A DNA stretch of 64,000 nucleotides from Catajapyx aquilonaris (taxonomy: Eukaryota). Shown in pieces: positions 1-10,847 of the stretch. Where the stretch lies: positions 1-64,000 of the forward strand of contig JYFJ02001638.1 in assembly GCA_000934665.2 (NCBI GenBank), read 5' to 3'. The notes below the pieces were generated by a model. It saw nothing but the letters and a program-made list of their open reading frames with translations, was not told the origin of the DNA and ran no database searches. The translations under genes and the position numbers were made by a program. Position 1 is the stretch's first letter. The number at the start of each line of letters is the position of its first letter.

Positions 1-758
1 GCTCGCCCTTTTCTCCAGCCATCTTCCACTCCTACTCCTTGCTTTTCCTGGAGCGACTCTGCCCCACTGCCGCTACACCTTATAGCAGCTACGCTTTCTC
101 AACCATAGCAGTGTAATCATGATCAGTTATGGCCCAAGTATGAATTGGTTCCACACAATGCTCTACATCATGATCTCATTACAATATTATGTGATGTGGA
201 AGTCTCCAGGGAATGTACTTTATGAATATGCTTACGTACATAGGCGGTTGTTATCTGGACAGTCACATGTGTACTTGTGTACACATAAATCAGGGCAGGC
301 TGGGTCTAAACATCGATCGTGGCTATCTGCAGCTGTGCAAGTTTTACAATCCGATGACACCATAGTGATGGTGTACCACACGCATTCCCTGGATTTGTGG
401 GTTTGTGAGCGAACTGCTTTCCAAGTAGCTATACTGACATGCGTTGAACGTCTGCGTCTGCTATGGCCACTCCCTTCTCCCCAGGGTCACCTACATGAGT
501 GCCACCCCCACCCACCTAGACTGGTTAGGGTGGGGGAGGCAACCATGTAGGGGACCCTGCTTCTCCCTACTCAAATCACCTGGGAATTAATTGTTATTTT
601 GAAGCTTCCATGACAACTCCATAATAACATTATAATTATAATTATATAAGTTATACACGATGGAGGTGACGAAAGTGCCAAAGAAGAACCATGGATTAGT
701 CAAGAGTACATTGATCGATTCCCTTCTGGCCAGCAGCAGGTGTGATCCGCCGATGCTG

Positions 759-3700
759 ATGGAAAAATTAAATGTGAAGCGCACCGGGAAAAGGTACAGT
801 GGAAGATAGTAGTGAAACTGCGTCATTCCCTCGCAAGGGTGCACTTCAGCCCCGCAATATTATTGCAGGGCTCTATATTGCATTTCTCGCATCTACTAGA
901 AGACCAGCTGAGTCGAATGACACTATTCGTATAGGGTGGAGAAAAATGATAGAATATTGAAATAGCAAGTAATAAACAATCAGTAAATGAAAATGAACCG
1001 GTGTTCCTTTGTTGAAACGGCTTTACTTCGGTTGTTGCGTGATGGAATCGTCATGGTAATTTCAAAGGTAATTTGTAGATTATTGAGGACGTTCACCGGC
1101 TGCGGCAGCGAAACAAAAGAGTACAATAAAATAACAAGGTACTCTATGTGCGTCCCCAACATTGCCGTCTTGTGGCGCCGTAGATGTTGCGTGAAGCGGC
1201 TCTGAAAAGCCACAATAACGTTCGTTGCCCTGCGGCGCCACAAGCCAAACAGTTAATGTTTCGATTACACAACCCGCACAATAAGCGGCCTACTCACTAA
1301 CGCTGAATTGAACTAAAATCACCACGCAATTTTCATTTATTGATTGCCTGTTACTTGCAGCAATTTCAAAGTTTGATAACTTTTGAACGAATTGTTTCTC
1401 ATTATTCTCAACCCTACAAAGAGTGTCATTCGGCGCCTCAGCTGGTCGGGTAGATTCAGAAAATATACGGGGTGTATCACATTCACGGGTCAAGCGCGCG
1501 CGAGGGAGTGGGGAAAAATCGCAGGGGGCGACAACTCCGGTCGGTTTTTATAAAACAATATTAGACATAAGGCAGTACCGGTAATCAATTTATTTATTGC
1601 GGCGTGACGTCACATCCTTTCTGTATTCGAATTGACCGGCGCGGACTGGCAGATTCAGTGGGTTGAACTGGTTGAGCGGCTTTTTAGCCTTATTGCGGGT
1701 TGCACTGAAAAAGGCGCTCTCACCGGCAGGGTACTGTACAACGTAGTGTACTACCGCACAGGAGTGTGTTCAGTACCCTGCCGGTGTAGCATGAGAGCGC
1801 CTTTTTCAGTGCAACCCGCAAGGCCAAAAAGCTGTTCAAATCAGATTCATTCCATGCTGCATCTGCCAGTCCGCGCCACACAATTCGAACAGAAAGGATG
1901 TGACGTCACGCCGTGCGGCCGTAATAAATAAATTTCTAATCGTTTTCTCAAACCGACCGGGGTTGTCGCCACCTACGATTTTTCCCCACCCCCTCGCGCG
2001 CGCTTGACCCGTGACTCTGAAACACCCTGTATAGTGTAGAAACCTGCAATATGTTTGCGTGGCTCAAGCTTGGGACGCACACAGGGCCACCACATGGCTG
2101 TTTACATTTGTGAGGGTGGAATTCAGTGCTGCACTTGTTATTATTTAGGAGAATACAGTAAAACTTCCATAATAAGGCGAACTTCCCTAAGTCGAAGAAA
2201 ATTATGAGCTTGGTTGGTCACAATGTAAATAAATTAGGAAATAAACTTCCCTAACTCGAATTTCTACAACTCGAAGTTCTCCATAACTCGAAGTGCAGGC
2301 AGGGCTTTACCATGGGATATCAATGCATTTTCAGTCTCCCTAAGAAGTCCAAGTTCATGTTGGCGAGTACGGAACATTTTCTCATTTCCCAGCCGAAGGG
2401 TAGAGAGTAGGCCACATGTACAGAAAGGCTCAATTTCTTGATCTCCGTCTACCAGACGTACCGAAAGAAGTCTTTGACGCGATCGTTGTGACAATTGAAT
2501 CCTTGAATCTAAGAGTAGGCAAATGTCCGTATCCGAGTTTTTAAATACAACAAAACAACGAGGAACCTTGTAAGTGTGATAGTGACAGTTATATTTAAGT
2601 TGCGGACACCTTTCGTCGCCGGATATAAAGGTAGGCTTCCTATAGAGTTCTGTGCTTAAAAAATAAATTCCATTCTTCTCTAACTCGAATCTTCTATAAC
2701 TCAAGTTTTTTCCCCCAGTCCCATGGAGATTCGACTTACAGAAGTTTTACTGTATTTGGACCTTGGGTGTACTGGGTCAGCCCTGACCGAGCCCTTCATG
2801 CCATTTATCATTAATATTGTTGCTGATTAACAATCAAAGGTGCACACTGCACATATTATTGGATGCAACATTCCTGCATGCTTCTGGCTTTGATCTGGGC
2901 TCAAAATTGTTCTTGACAAGCTGCCACCACTATAGCACTCCTGTTCATTTACCTCCTCACTTGTTTGCATGATACAGTGACCTGTCCCAGGCCTTCTGGT
3001 CAGTGGCCCACAACCAGCGAGAAGAGGAAGACCATGTGCCAGACCCATGTGTTCCAGCTTGCATGTTCTGGACCAGAAGCAACGTTTCTCTGTGGCTCCG
3101 AACCATTGGATATCCTCAATATGTGGTGAGCTTGATGATGGTCATGATGATCATGATAACATGTTGGTTATTATGATAATGGTGATCTTTCTTCCCATCA
3201 GAGAACTTTCTCTGCAAACTTCATCGATGGTAGGAAGCTCATGTGGTTGGATGCATGCAAGCTTATCAAGATGGGGATTTGTGACTTTGATGATGTCAAG
3301 GTAAGCCATCTCATTGATTTCTTATTGGAGTGGTTGAAGGAAGGGTAAAAAGTCTGCATTGTTTTGAATGGCTTTCCTGCACACATGGCGCGCGTTCCTT
3401 TCCTAGAATCTGACTGCGGCCGTCCGGTTCTTGTCGAAGGAGTTTAATGACGACAGGGAACGCAGCATCGCCCTTCCGACCCTGACCCCACGGACCGCCT
3501 TCCTCCGCATCAGGAGCCGCATCCACAAGAAGCCAATGGTGTTCAAGTGCTTCCTCCGCAAGGAAGGCTACGATGGTGCCAGGGGTTGCTCCACAGAAGG
3601 CTGGTTGGCTCCTCCAACCAGGTGCTGCATATTTGCCCCGAAATTCATCCCAGAGCTATACATGTCTAAGTCGCCGGAGATACCTGACATCTCACCAGCC

Positions 3701-3985
3701 CTCATGCTTTGCCCTCGTTGCATCAGGGAACAAGCAAGAGGGAATAAAGACCTCTCAGTGTTCAGGTATCCCTGGCAGCAGCCACCCTGGCAGCATCCAG
3801 CACTCAGCGCACTGACACCTCCAAGCTGGTCACCACCAACCGTCTCATCTCGCAAGAGAGACACTTCCTGGAACAATAGGTCCACATTGCTATCCCACTT
3901 ATACCTGCTCAATCACCCGGACACACCTCTTTCCCAGTACGGACGGCTATGCCGGACTCGCAATGGAACCCTTCCAGAGTTGTGA
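759..3985 (+). CDS. SAM-domain protein (SAMD15-like), tandem copy 1; exons ~759-793 (uncertain), 2978-3125, 3202-3300, 3407-3985
   Basis: Spliced translation FWTRSNVSLWLRTIGYPQYV|RTFSANFIDGRKLMWLDACKLIKMGICDFDDVK|NLTAAVRFL...RSIALP is a SAM domain resembling the SAMD15 C-terminus; GT-AG phases are consistent. Exon 1 is inferred from similarity to copy 2 and needs a weak donor at 794. Confidence 0.7.
1468..2029. mobile_element. Foldback MITE, Tc1/mariner-like
   Basis: Termini C(G/A)GGGTGT.TCA.A.TCACGGGTCAAGCGCGCGCGAGGG; flanking TA at 1466-1467 and 2030-2031; inverted symmetry continues almost to the centre (~1745). Confidence 0.85.
2156..2752. mobile_element. pogo/Tc1-like MITE family A, copy 1
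   Basis: TIR CAGTAAAACTTC...GAAGTTTTACTG, TA on both sides; alignable along its length with 4812-5367. Confidence 0.85.
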
Positions 3986-4285
3986 GAAATTTTTAGTGAC
4001 GCCAATCATGACTAATGGAGTGTTGCAAATTGTCATATCAAAGCTATCCAACACCATAATAATTATAGCATTGGAATTTATTAATCAGGAATAAGGAGGA
4101 TCCTGCAATTCATGCAGGTTACTGGTAGAGCCATAACATTTAATATGCCTATAACGCTGAGATATGAAAATGTGCACCTCCTTTCACAAAATCCGCAGGA
4201 AATATTGTGCCGTAATAAAAATTTCCAAACGTGACCAATGTACTCGTCTTCTCTGTGAAATGTCATTGCCCGAAGCTGATCAACT

Positions 4286-4568
4286 GAGGAGCTTGCAAGC
4301 AAATCCAGATAAATCCACTCCGGCGCGAAAATAATCTGGCAACGCTGGAGGCATGCTTCACAAGTATTCTTAGATCGTGCTTCACACAATTCCTTTCCAT
4401 TGACATGAAGTTTAAAGTACAACCACACATTTCCACCGAATATATCTGAGCCATGGGAAAAATGCCATTTCAAGCAGATCATCAGATACGTTTATGAATC
4501 ACTTATTATTTGCCCGTCCTGAAAATTGTCAAATTTCGGATTTATCTGGATTTTCTTGCAAGCTCCTC
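4286..4568. mobile_element. MITE with GAG...CTC termini and 4-bp TSD (Sola-like)
   Basis: 31-bp TIR GAGGAGCTTGCAAG(C/A)AAATCCAGATAAATCC; AACT duplicated at 4282-4285 and 4569-4572; absent from the paralogous segment near 7450. Confidence 0.75.
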
Positions 4569-4811
4569 AACTATCATTGACATTTTTAAAGCAAAAATTC
4601 TTACATTCCATTGTCTATAATATAATTTGTCACTCCCAACTTTCACGGCATATACAGCCATACACGTAAGCAATGAGAGCGTAAAACCATGAAATGTGAG
4701 AATATCTGAATGGTTCGTATTCATAACGTGAACATGAACCTCTTTAATATGTAATGAGTTTATAATACTGTGAGTGAGATAAGCCATTATGGGCACATGT
4801 CATGTACAGTA

Positions 4812-5367
4812 CAGTAAAACTTCTATAAGTCGACGTTCTCAATAAGTCGAAGAAAATGATGAGCTTGGTTCGTTGGTTGGTCACAATGTAAAATCATAGT
4901 TTGAAATAAACTTCCCTAACTCGAAGTGCAGGCAGGCCCTTATACGATGGGATATCAATGCATTTTCAGTCTCCCTAGAAGTCCAAGTTCATGTTGGCGA
5001 GGACGGAAAATTGTCTCATTTCCCAGCCGAAGGGTCAAGAGTAGGCCACAGCATGTACAGAAAGGCTCAATTTACTGATCTCCGTCTACCAGACATACCG
5101 AAAGAAGTGTTTGACTCGATTGTGACAATTGAATCCTTGAATGTAAGAGTAGGCAAATGTCCGTAACGGAGATTTTATTTTACAGCACAACAACGAGTAA
5201 CATTGTAAGTGTGATAGTGACAGCTATTTTTAAGTTTTGAACGCCTTTCGTCGCTGGATATAAAGGTAGGCTTCCTTATAGAGTTCTGTGCTTAAAAAGT
5301 CCAAACATCTCTAACTCGAAGTTTTTCCCGGTCCCATGCGGAGATTCGACTTACAGAAGTTTCACTG
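4812..5367. mobile_element. pogo/Tc1-like MITE family A, copy 2
   Basis: TIR CAGTAAAACTTCTATAAGTCGA / TCGACTTACAGAAGTTTCACTG; TA TSD; homologous to 2156-2752. Confidence 0.85.
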
Positions 5368-6060
5368 TATTTATTTTACATAACAAATTGGTTTCCATTG
5401 CAATAAGAGAGGATCTAGATCCGACGCCAGTTGCAATAAGCTCACTGGTTCCGTCAGGCTTGTCGAAAAATTACGAAATACATCGACCAAAAATGGGCAT
5501 TTTGCGATTTTTTTTCCACTCTTATAGGCGGCCCAAGAAAAGAAAAATTCACAGCTCTATTGTTATAAGATATCATTTATTGGTTTTCATTTTAAATAGG
5601 CGTGTCCTGCCTTCTTTTCTGGCTAATTTCTTTTGCTCTTATTATTTAAAAGTGCATCGAACCCCACACAATAATGTCTCTAGCTCGGGAATATAATGTG
5701 TTATTGTATCCTCACATACTTTCCCTAACCAGATTCATTATCCGGGTATTCTGTAGCTCCAAAGGTGGGCATGAACTCGAAACATGAGAAGCAATTATTT
5801 GCCATATCCCACCGATCATAATGTATACAGTATACCCAGAACAATACCTAATTATTGAACCTCAGTTTCCATTGTCGGAAACAGCATTTAAATATCTGGA
5901 CAAACTAGACAAACTATAGCTGGGCATTAGGAAGCTTCCATGACAACATTACATACATACTATGGGGGTGCCAAAGAAGGGTTCCAATAATTACCATGCA
6001 GGAGTCAAGAGTGAATTGGTCGATTCCCTACTGGCCAGCAGCAGGTTTGGCCCGCCGCTG

Positions 6061-7192
6061 ATGGAGAAATGTAAGGTGGTGCGCACCGGAAAAAGGTACA
6101 GTGGAAATGAAGCTGCGTAAGTGCTGGGTATATCCTTGCATGCCTCTGGCGAATTTGATGATAATTATTATGGCCTCACATATATTGCTCTTGACAAGTT
6201 TGCATCACTTGCTTACATGAAACAGAGACCTGTCCCAGGTCTTTTGGTCAGTGGCGCACAACCAGCGAGAAGACGAAGACCATGTGCCAGACCCATGTGT
6301 CCCACCTTGCATGTTCTGGGACCAAGACGAAGTTGCTTCCTGGCTCAAAGACGTCGGATATCCTCAATATGAGGTGCGCCTAATTAATTAATTAATTAAT
6401 TAATTAATAACAATAAAGTTTTTTTTCCATCAGGAAATTTTCAGTGCAAACATCATCGATGGTAGGAAGCTTATGTGGGTGGATGCAAGCAAGCTTATCA
6501 AGATGGGGATTAGTAACTTTGATCATGTGAGGGTAAGCTTTGACTTGGAGTGGTTGAAGGAAGAGCTAAAAGTTTTTGAATGGCTTTCCTCCTGCACATT
6601 CATTTCCCAGGATCTGAGTGCGGCCATTCGCTTCTTAATAAAGGACTTTAACGAAGAAAAGGAACGCAGCGTGGCCGTTCCACCGCTGCCCCCACGGACC
6701 GCCTTCCTCCGCATCAGGAGTCGCACCCACAAGAACCCCATGGTGTACAAGTGCTTCCTCCGCAAGGAAGGCTACGATGGTGTCAGGGGTTGCTCCATAC
6801 AAGAAAGCTTTCCTCTCCCCACCAGGTGCTGCATATTTGCCTCTAGATTCATCCCAGAGCAATACACGCCACCTACGCTGGATGAGACACCGCCTGCTGA
6901 CACGCCGCCATACGACCGGCGTTGCTCTCGTTGCATCAGGGAACAAGGAGACATTTCAGTAACCAGGGCCCGGTGGCAGCAGCCAGCAGCCAAGCCACTC
7001 GGCCGCTTGCCTCATCCACACTGGTCACCAGCAGCCTGCTCCTCTGTCACTGGAACAATAGGTCCAGATGGCTGTCCCAGTCAAGATATTCATCCCCAAG
7101 TTCATCCCCTGGGTATAACTCGTCTCCTCTCCAACCCCAGTACTGACAACATACTATGCCTGACTCCCAATGGAACCCTTCCAGAGAAGTGA
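6061..7192 (+). CDS. SAM-domain protein (SAMD15-like), tandem copy 2; exons 6061-6116, 6226-6373, 6434-6532, 6611-7192
   Basis: MEKCKVV...FWDQDEVASWLKDVGYPQYE|EIFSANIIDGRKLMWVDASKLIKMGISNFDHVR|DLSAAIRFL; canonical splice sites; internal exon sizes (148, 99 nt) identical to copy 1. Confidence 0.8.
6381..6408. repeat. (TAAT)n microsatellite in intron
   Basis: taattaattaattaattaattaattaat read directly. Confidence 0.9.
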
Positions 7193-7646
7193 GAAATTTT
7201 TAGTGAAGCCAATCAAGTCTCGTGTCGCAAATTGTCATATCAAAGCTACCCAACACCATAGCATTGGAATTACGTATTACTCAGAAAGAAGGATCCCGCA
7301 TTTCACGCAGGTTACTGACAGAGTAATAGCATTTCATATGCTCAACATGCTGTGATATGAGCCCTTTACCCATGAAAATGTGCTCCGCATTTTACAAAAT
7401 CCTTAGCATACAATATTGTGCCTTAATAAAAATTTTCAACCGTGTACAGTGCTATATCATTGCCATTTTAAATTACAACCAAAATGCTAACATTCCATTG
7501 CCTAAGTCACCTCCAACTTTCCAGGCATCTATGAACGCGTATATAAGCAATGAGAGCCAATATAATGTTAGAAAATCTGAATAGGTCGTGTTCACAACAT
7601 GACCATGAACATATGCTTAACAAAAGGTCAATAACTTGTTGTGGGC

Positions 7647-7856
7647 TTACTTAGGGTGGTCGGTAAATGGCTCACAAGCTTCCATATTGACACTTGTTGT
7701 TTCTTCCAAAGTCTGCTGCAGGGTCACAAACTTCTCCCTCCAAGTCTCCTCCAACTGCATGATGATTCTTGTTTGCGACAACTCCAGGTCTCTCTGGAGT
7801 TTCCCAAGCTGGTCATCCAATAGCGCGGACAACTGTTCGATAGTAGCCATTACCAC
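7647..7856 (-). other. Short coiled-coil ORF; orphan exon or TE ORF1 fragment
   Basis: MATIEQLSALLDDQLGKLQRDLELSQTRIIMQLEETWREKFVTLQQTLEE has heptad character and ends at a possible donor (AA|GTAAGC); no downstream exon identified. Confidence 0.3.
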
Positions 7857-8008
7857 TGTGAAATGGGTACTTTTAACCTAAGTCGGGCCTTAGTTACTGC
7901 GGCCAACTTTACCTCTGAAAACAGGGGAGCTGTTTTTAAACACGACCTGTTCATCTCACAGCTCGGGCGTGTGCCATAATCCAGTAATAACAATGTACAA
8001 AACGTAAG

Positions 8009-8122
8009 GGGTGCAATTTTCGTCCCACTGGTAGGTACTACTAACTTAGCAGTGCCAGTCTTGGCAGTGTGTGTGGTACTGCGAAGTTAGCAGTACCTAG
8101 CAGTGGGACGAAAGTTCCACCC
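8009..8122. mobile_element. Small hairpin MITE (PIF/Harbinger-like)
   Basis: ~50-bp imperfect inverted arms starting GGGTG; AAG duplicated at 8006-8008 and 8123-8125. Confidence 0.6.
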
Positions 8123-8288
8123 AAGCCCTTTACAGACTAGACATATGAACAAGGGCACCCATTTCCCGTTATAATCTTTGTACAACTTCAGGGTTGATTT
8201 ATTATTATCAGTGGAAGATTCAGAGGAATGGTAACAGAATGTGCCAAGACATGCACGGTCCAGCATATGCACTAGGTACACACACCCA

Positions 8289-10522
8289 TCACTGCCTGAA
8301 GAGTGGCTCCACCGCACGGAGAAATGAGTCGTGGAACTCCTTGTCTGAGAATCGATCAACAGATGCTCTGAAAACATTGGATTGACGTTGAACATTGGAA
8401 ATGCAAGAAAATCTTGGCACGTCCTACAGTGAAGCACCGGGTACCCACCTGGCCTTCTCCTTGAGGGCCTTCCTCTCCTGAGGCCTCATCCTCATGGCTA
8501 TGCCTATGGCCCTGGCATACTCCCACTCGTCAGAGGCCAGGAACCCATTCCTAGCCCCCTCACTCTCCACGACAATGTCTGCCAGAGGACCTCCAGACCT
8601 GTGGGCAATCATCACAAGACCAGCCGCCATGCACTCCACAACGCCTGGTGACAAACAGGCAATCAACCGGCGCAATAAGACAAATCCACTCATAGCAAGG
8701 ACAGCCTGGTTTACCTATTCCAAAGTGCTCGTTCCACATTGTGTGCATTCCAAGCGTGGCAGCCTCCATCTCCTGCATGACCTGAGGGAAAGGCAGGTTG
8801 ACCTTGAACTCCACATTGTCCTCCACGGACATGTGCTTGCACAGGTCTTGCATGTCCTTGACCCGCACTTCGTCCCACTTGTCCCTGCAGCCACCAATCA
8901 GCACCAGCTTGGTCCTGTCCCACTCCTCCTCGCTCACCATCTGCCGGAGCTCGTACATGCTGCGAATCTGCATTGGGTGGTCCTTCTCAGGCCGGAACTG
9001 GGCTATTGACACAATGCGTGTGGTGTCCTTCTCTGTGTCATCTGATAGTGGGATGCACTTGAATGCATCCACATTACAAGGAGGATACACCTGCAGCAAG
9101 ACGTACATTTTTAAATGTCTAAGGGCCAGTTTCACCAAGCCAAGTTTTGATAAAAACCCCGGTTCTTATGCAAAATCCCTATTCTATTTGCAGGTCATAT
9201 AAGTCTGGTCACTCCTACCCACCCCCTGGCGGGGCGTTTTGCAGTGGGTGCTCACCTGAGAGCGCCATGAGACATTTCGGAGCCCAGGTAAATGCGACCC
9301 TACCGGACTAGGCTGAACTTTATAGGTACGAAAGGGGAGGGCTACATTGGGGGGCCCAACATGGCCGCCAGCGCTTCCCTTCCGTACCTATAAAGTTCAG
9401 CCTAGTCTGGTAGGGTCGCCACTTACCTGGTCTCCGACATGTCTCATGGCGCTCTCAGGTGAGCACCCGCTGCAAAATGCCTCGGCAGGCGATAACGCCA
9501 GAATGTAGTATAAGTGTCCGGGGGCTGCTGCGGCCCAATATGATTGCATCCCCATGAATTTAACTAAACACTTATTATACCTGCTGACCTTGTGTGTTCT
9601 CTCAGGAATCCCCCACAACCTGAGTATGTGATCCTCCGTCCAGGAAGAGTTGACCATGACTATGTGTGCAGCTCGTCCGCAAGCCCCGTACACCTGCGCG
9701 AAGAGCCTGTAGTAGGCCATCTTTCCAGCCTTGAGGATGGGGCTGCGCTGCCATAGGGACGGTGGCCCCCCAGAACCGCCCTTGGGGCCACCCTGGGCCA
9801 GGCGGGTGAGCATGTCGGTGCTGACAGTGGGGTAGTGCACGTAGCATCCAACCTTGCATCCAGGCACAAGGTGGCGGAAAACAGGCAGTGTGAAGGAGTA
9901 CCCCATGGTGTCTATGTACACGTCAGGAACCAGCTTGAACACAGCCTCCAGAGCCAGCCACATGGACCCCAAGCTCTGGCCCAGCAGGGTGGCGTACGGG
10001 TAGCGCGACGCTTCCACCCAGCGGCGCCGCGTCAGGTACACAAACTCAACCTGCGTGACATCGCAATGAAGATCGGACTACCGAACGCAACAGGCCCACT
10101 CACATCCTCGTTCCCGACGCTGATCCCGAACCTCTTCCTGGCCTTTGTGAGTATCTCCTCTGGATGCACGTGCACGTCCCCGGTGTACACGGCCAGGCGG
10201 GCACCAGGGTACTTCTCCCTGAGGCATCCCACGGCCACCCACAGGACCCTCTCTCCGCCACCTCCTGCGTCGCAGTACGGATGGAATATACCAACAGTCA
10301 GGTGGGGGTTTGACTCCTTCTGGGCCAAACGCCGCTTGTGCAGGTCCTAACAATATTTAATAATATTTAATAAAGGGTGTTCAGAGTGTGTGGTGGTTGT
10401 TTAGTTACCCTCCTGATGATCCAGGCTACGAGGGCGGCTAGGATGGCCAGCAGGGTTCCAGAGCAGGCGCAACCCACCACAGCACCTACCACCACGCTGC
10501 TCCATACCACCAGGGGCGGCAT
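8289..10522 (-). CDS. ALG11: GDP-Man:Man3GlcNAc2-PP-Dol alpha-1,2-mannosyltransferase; 6 exons (10522-10409, 10346-10104, 10050-9589, 9090-8715, 8644-8449, 8367-8289)
   Basis: Motifs FHPYCDAGGGGERVLW, YVHYPTVSTDML, SIAQFRPEKDH, HTMWNEHFGIGVVECMAAG, AHRSGGP; N-terminal TM segment. Confidence 0.95.
9225..9489. mobile_element. Palindromic foldback MITE in ALG11 intron
   Basis: ~120-bp imperfect inverted arms (GGCGTTTTGCAGTGGGTGCTCACCTGAGAGCGCCATGAGACAT... and its reverse complement); exact termini and TSD are ambiguous. Confidence 0.75.
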
Positions 10523-10847
10523 GGCCAAGGGCAGGCACCCGAGGCAGGCACTGGAGAAGAAATGAGAGGGAAGTCTCCAGCCAGCTGCAGAAGAACTTCT
10601 TTTCCTATTCCATTCCAGGCAGAGAGAGATTGCCGATAGTTGTGATAGCAGCACACGATCGATGCTGAGGACGATTGAGAGTAGCGCAGATCGATCCCAT
10701 CGGGCGGATACCGTATCCGACGACAACCGTATCAGTCAGTTTTGCGCAATCAACAATTATTCATTATTTTCGAGTAACCACGGTGCCGCACTGGGTGCTC
10801 GTTCAAGATTTACACAAGTGAGAAGCATCATCTGAAGGTCCCCAGAC

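Noticed and set aside
119..550. 143-aa ORF at the window start
   Set aside because: No motifs or coding-like bias; probably UTR or intergenic. Bases 1-116 may end an upstream CDS but cannot be assigned.
2264..2704. 146-aa ORF inside MITE family A
   Set aside because: Not preserved in the second copy (indels) and has no transposase motifs.
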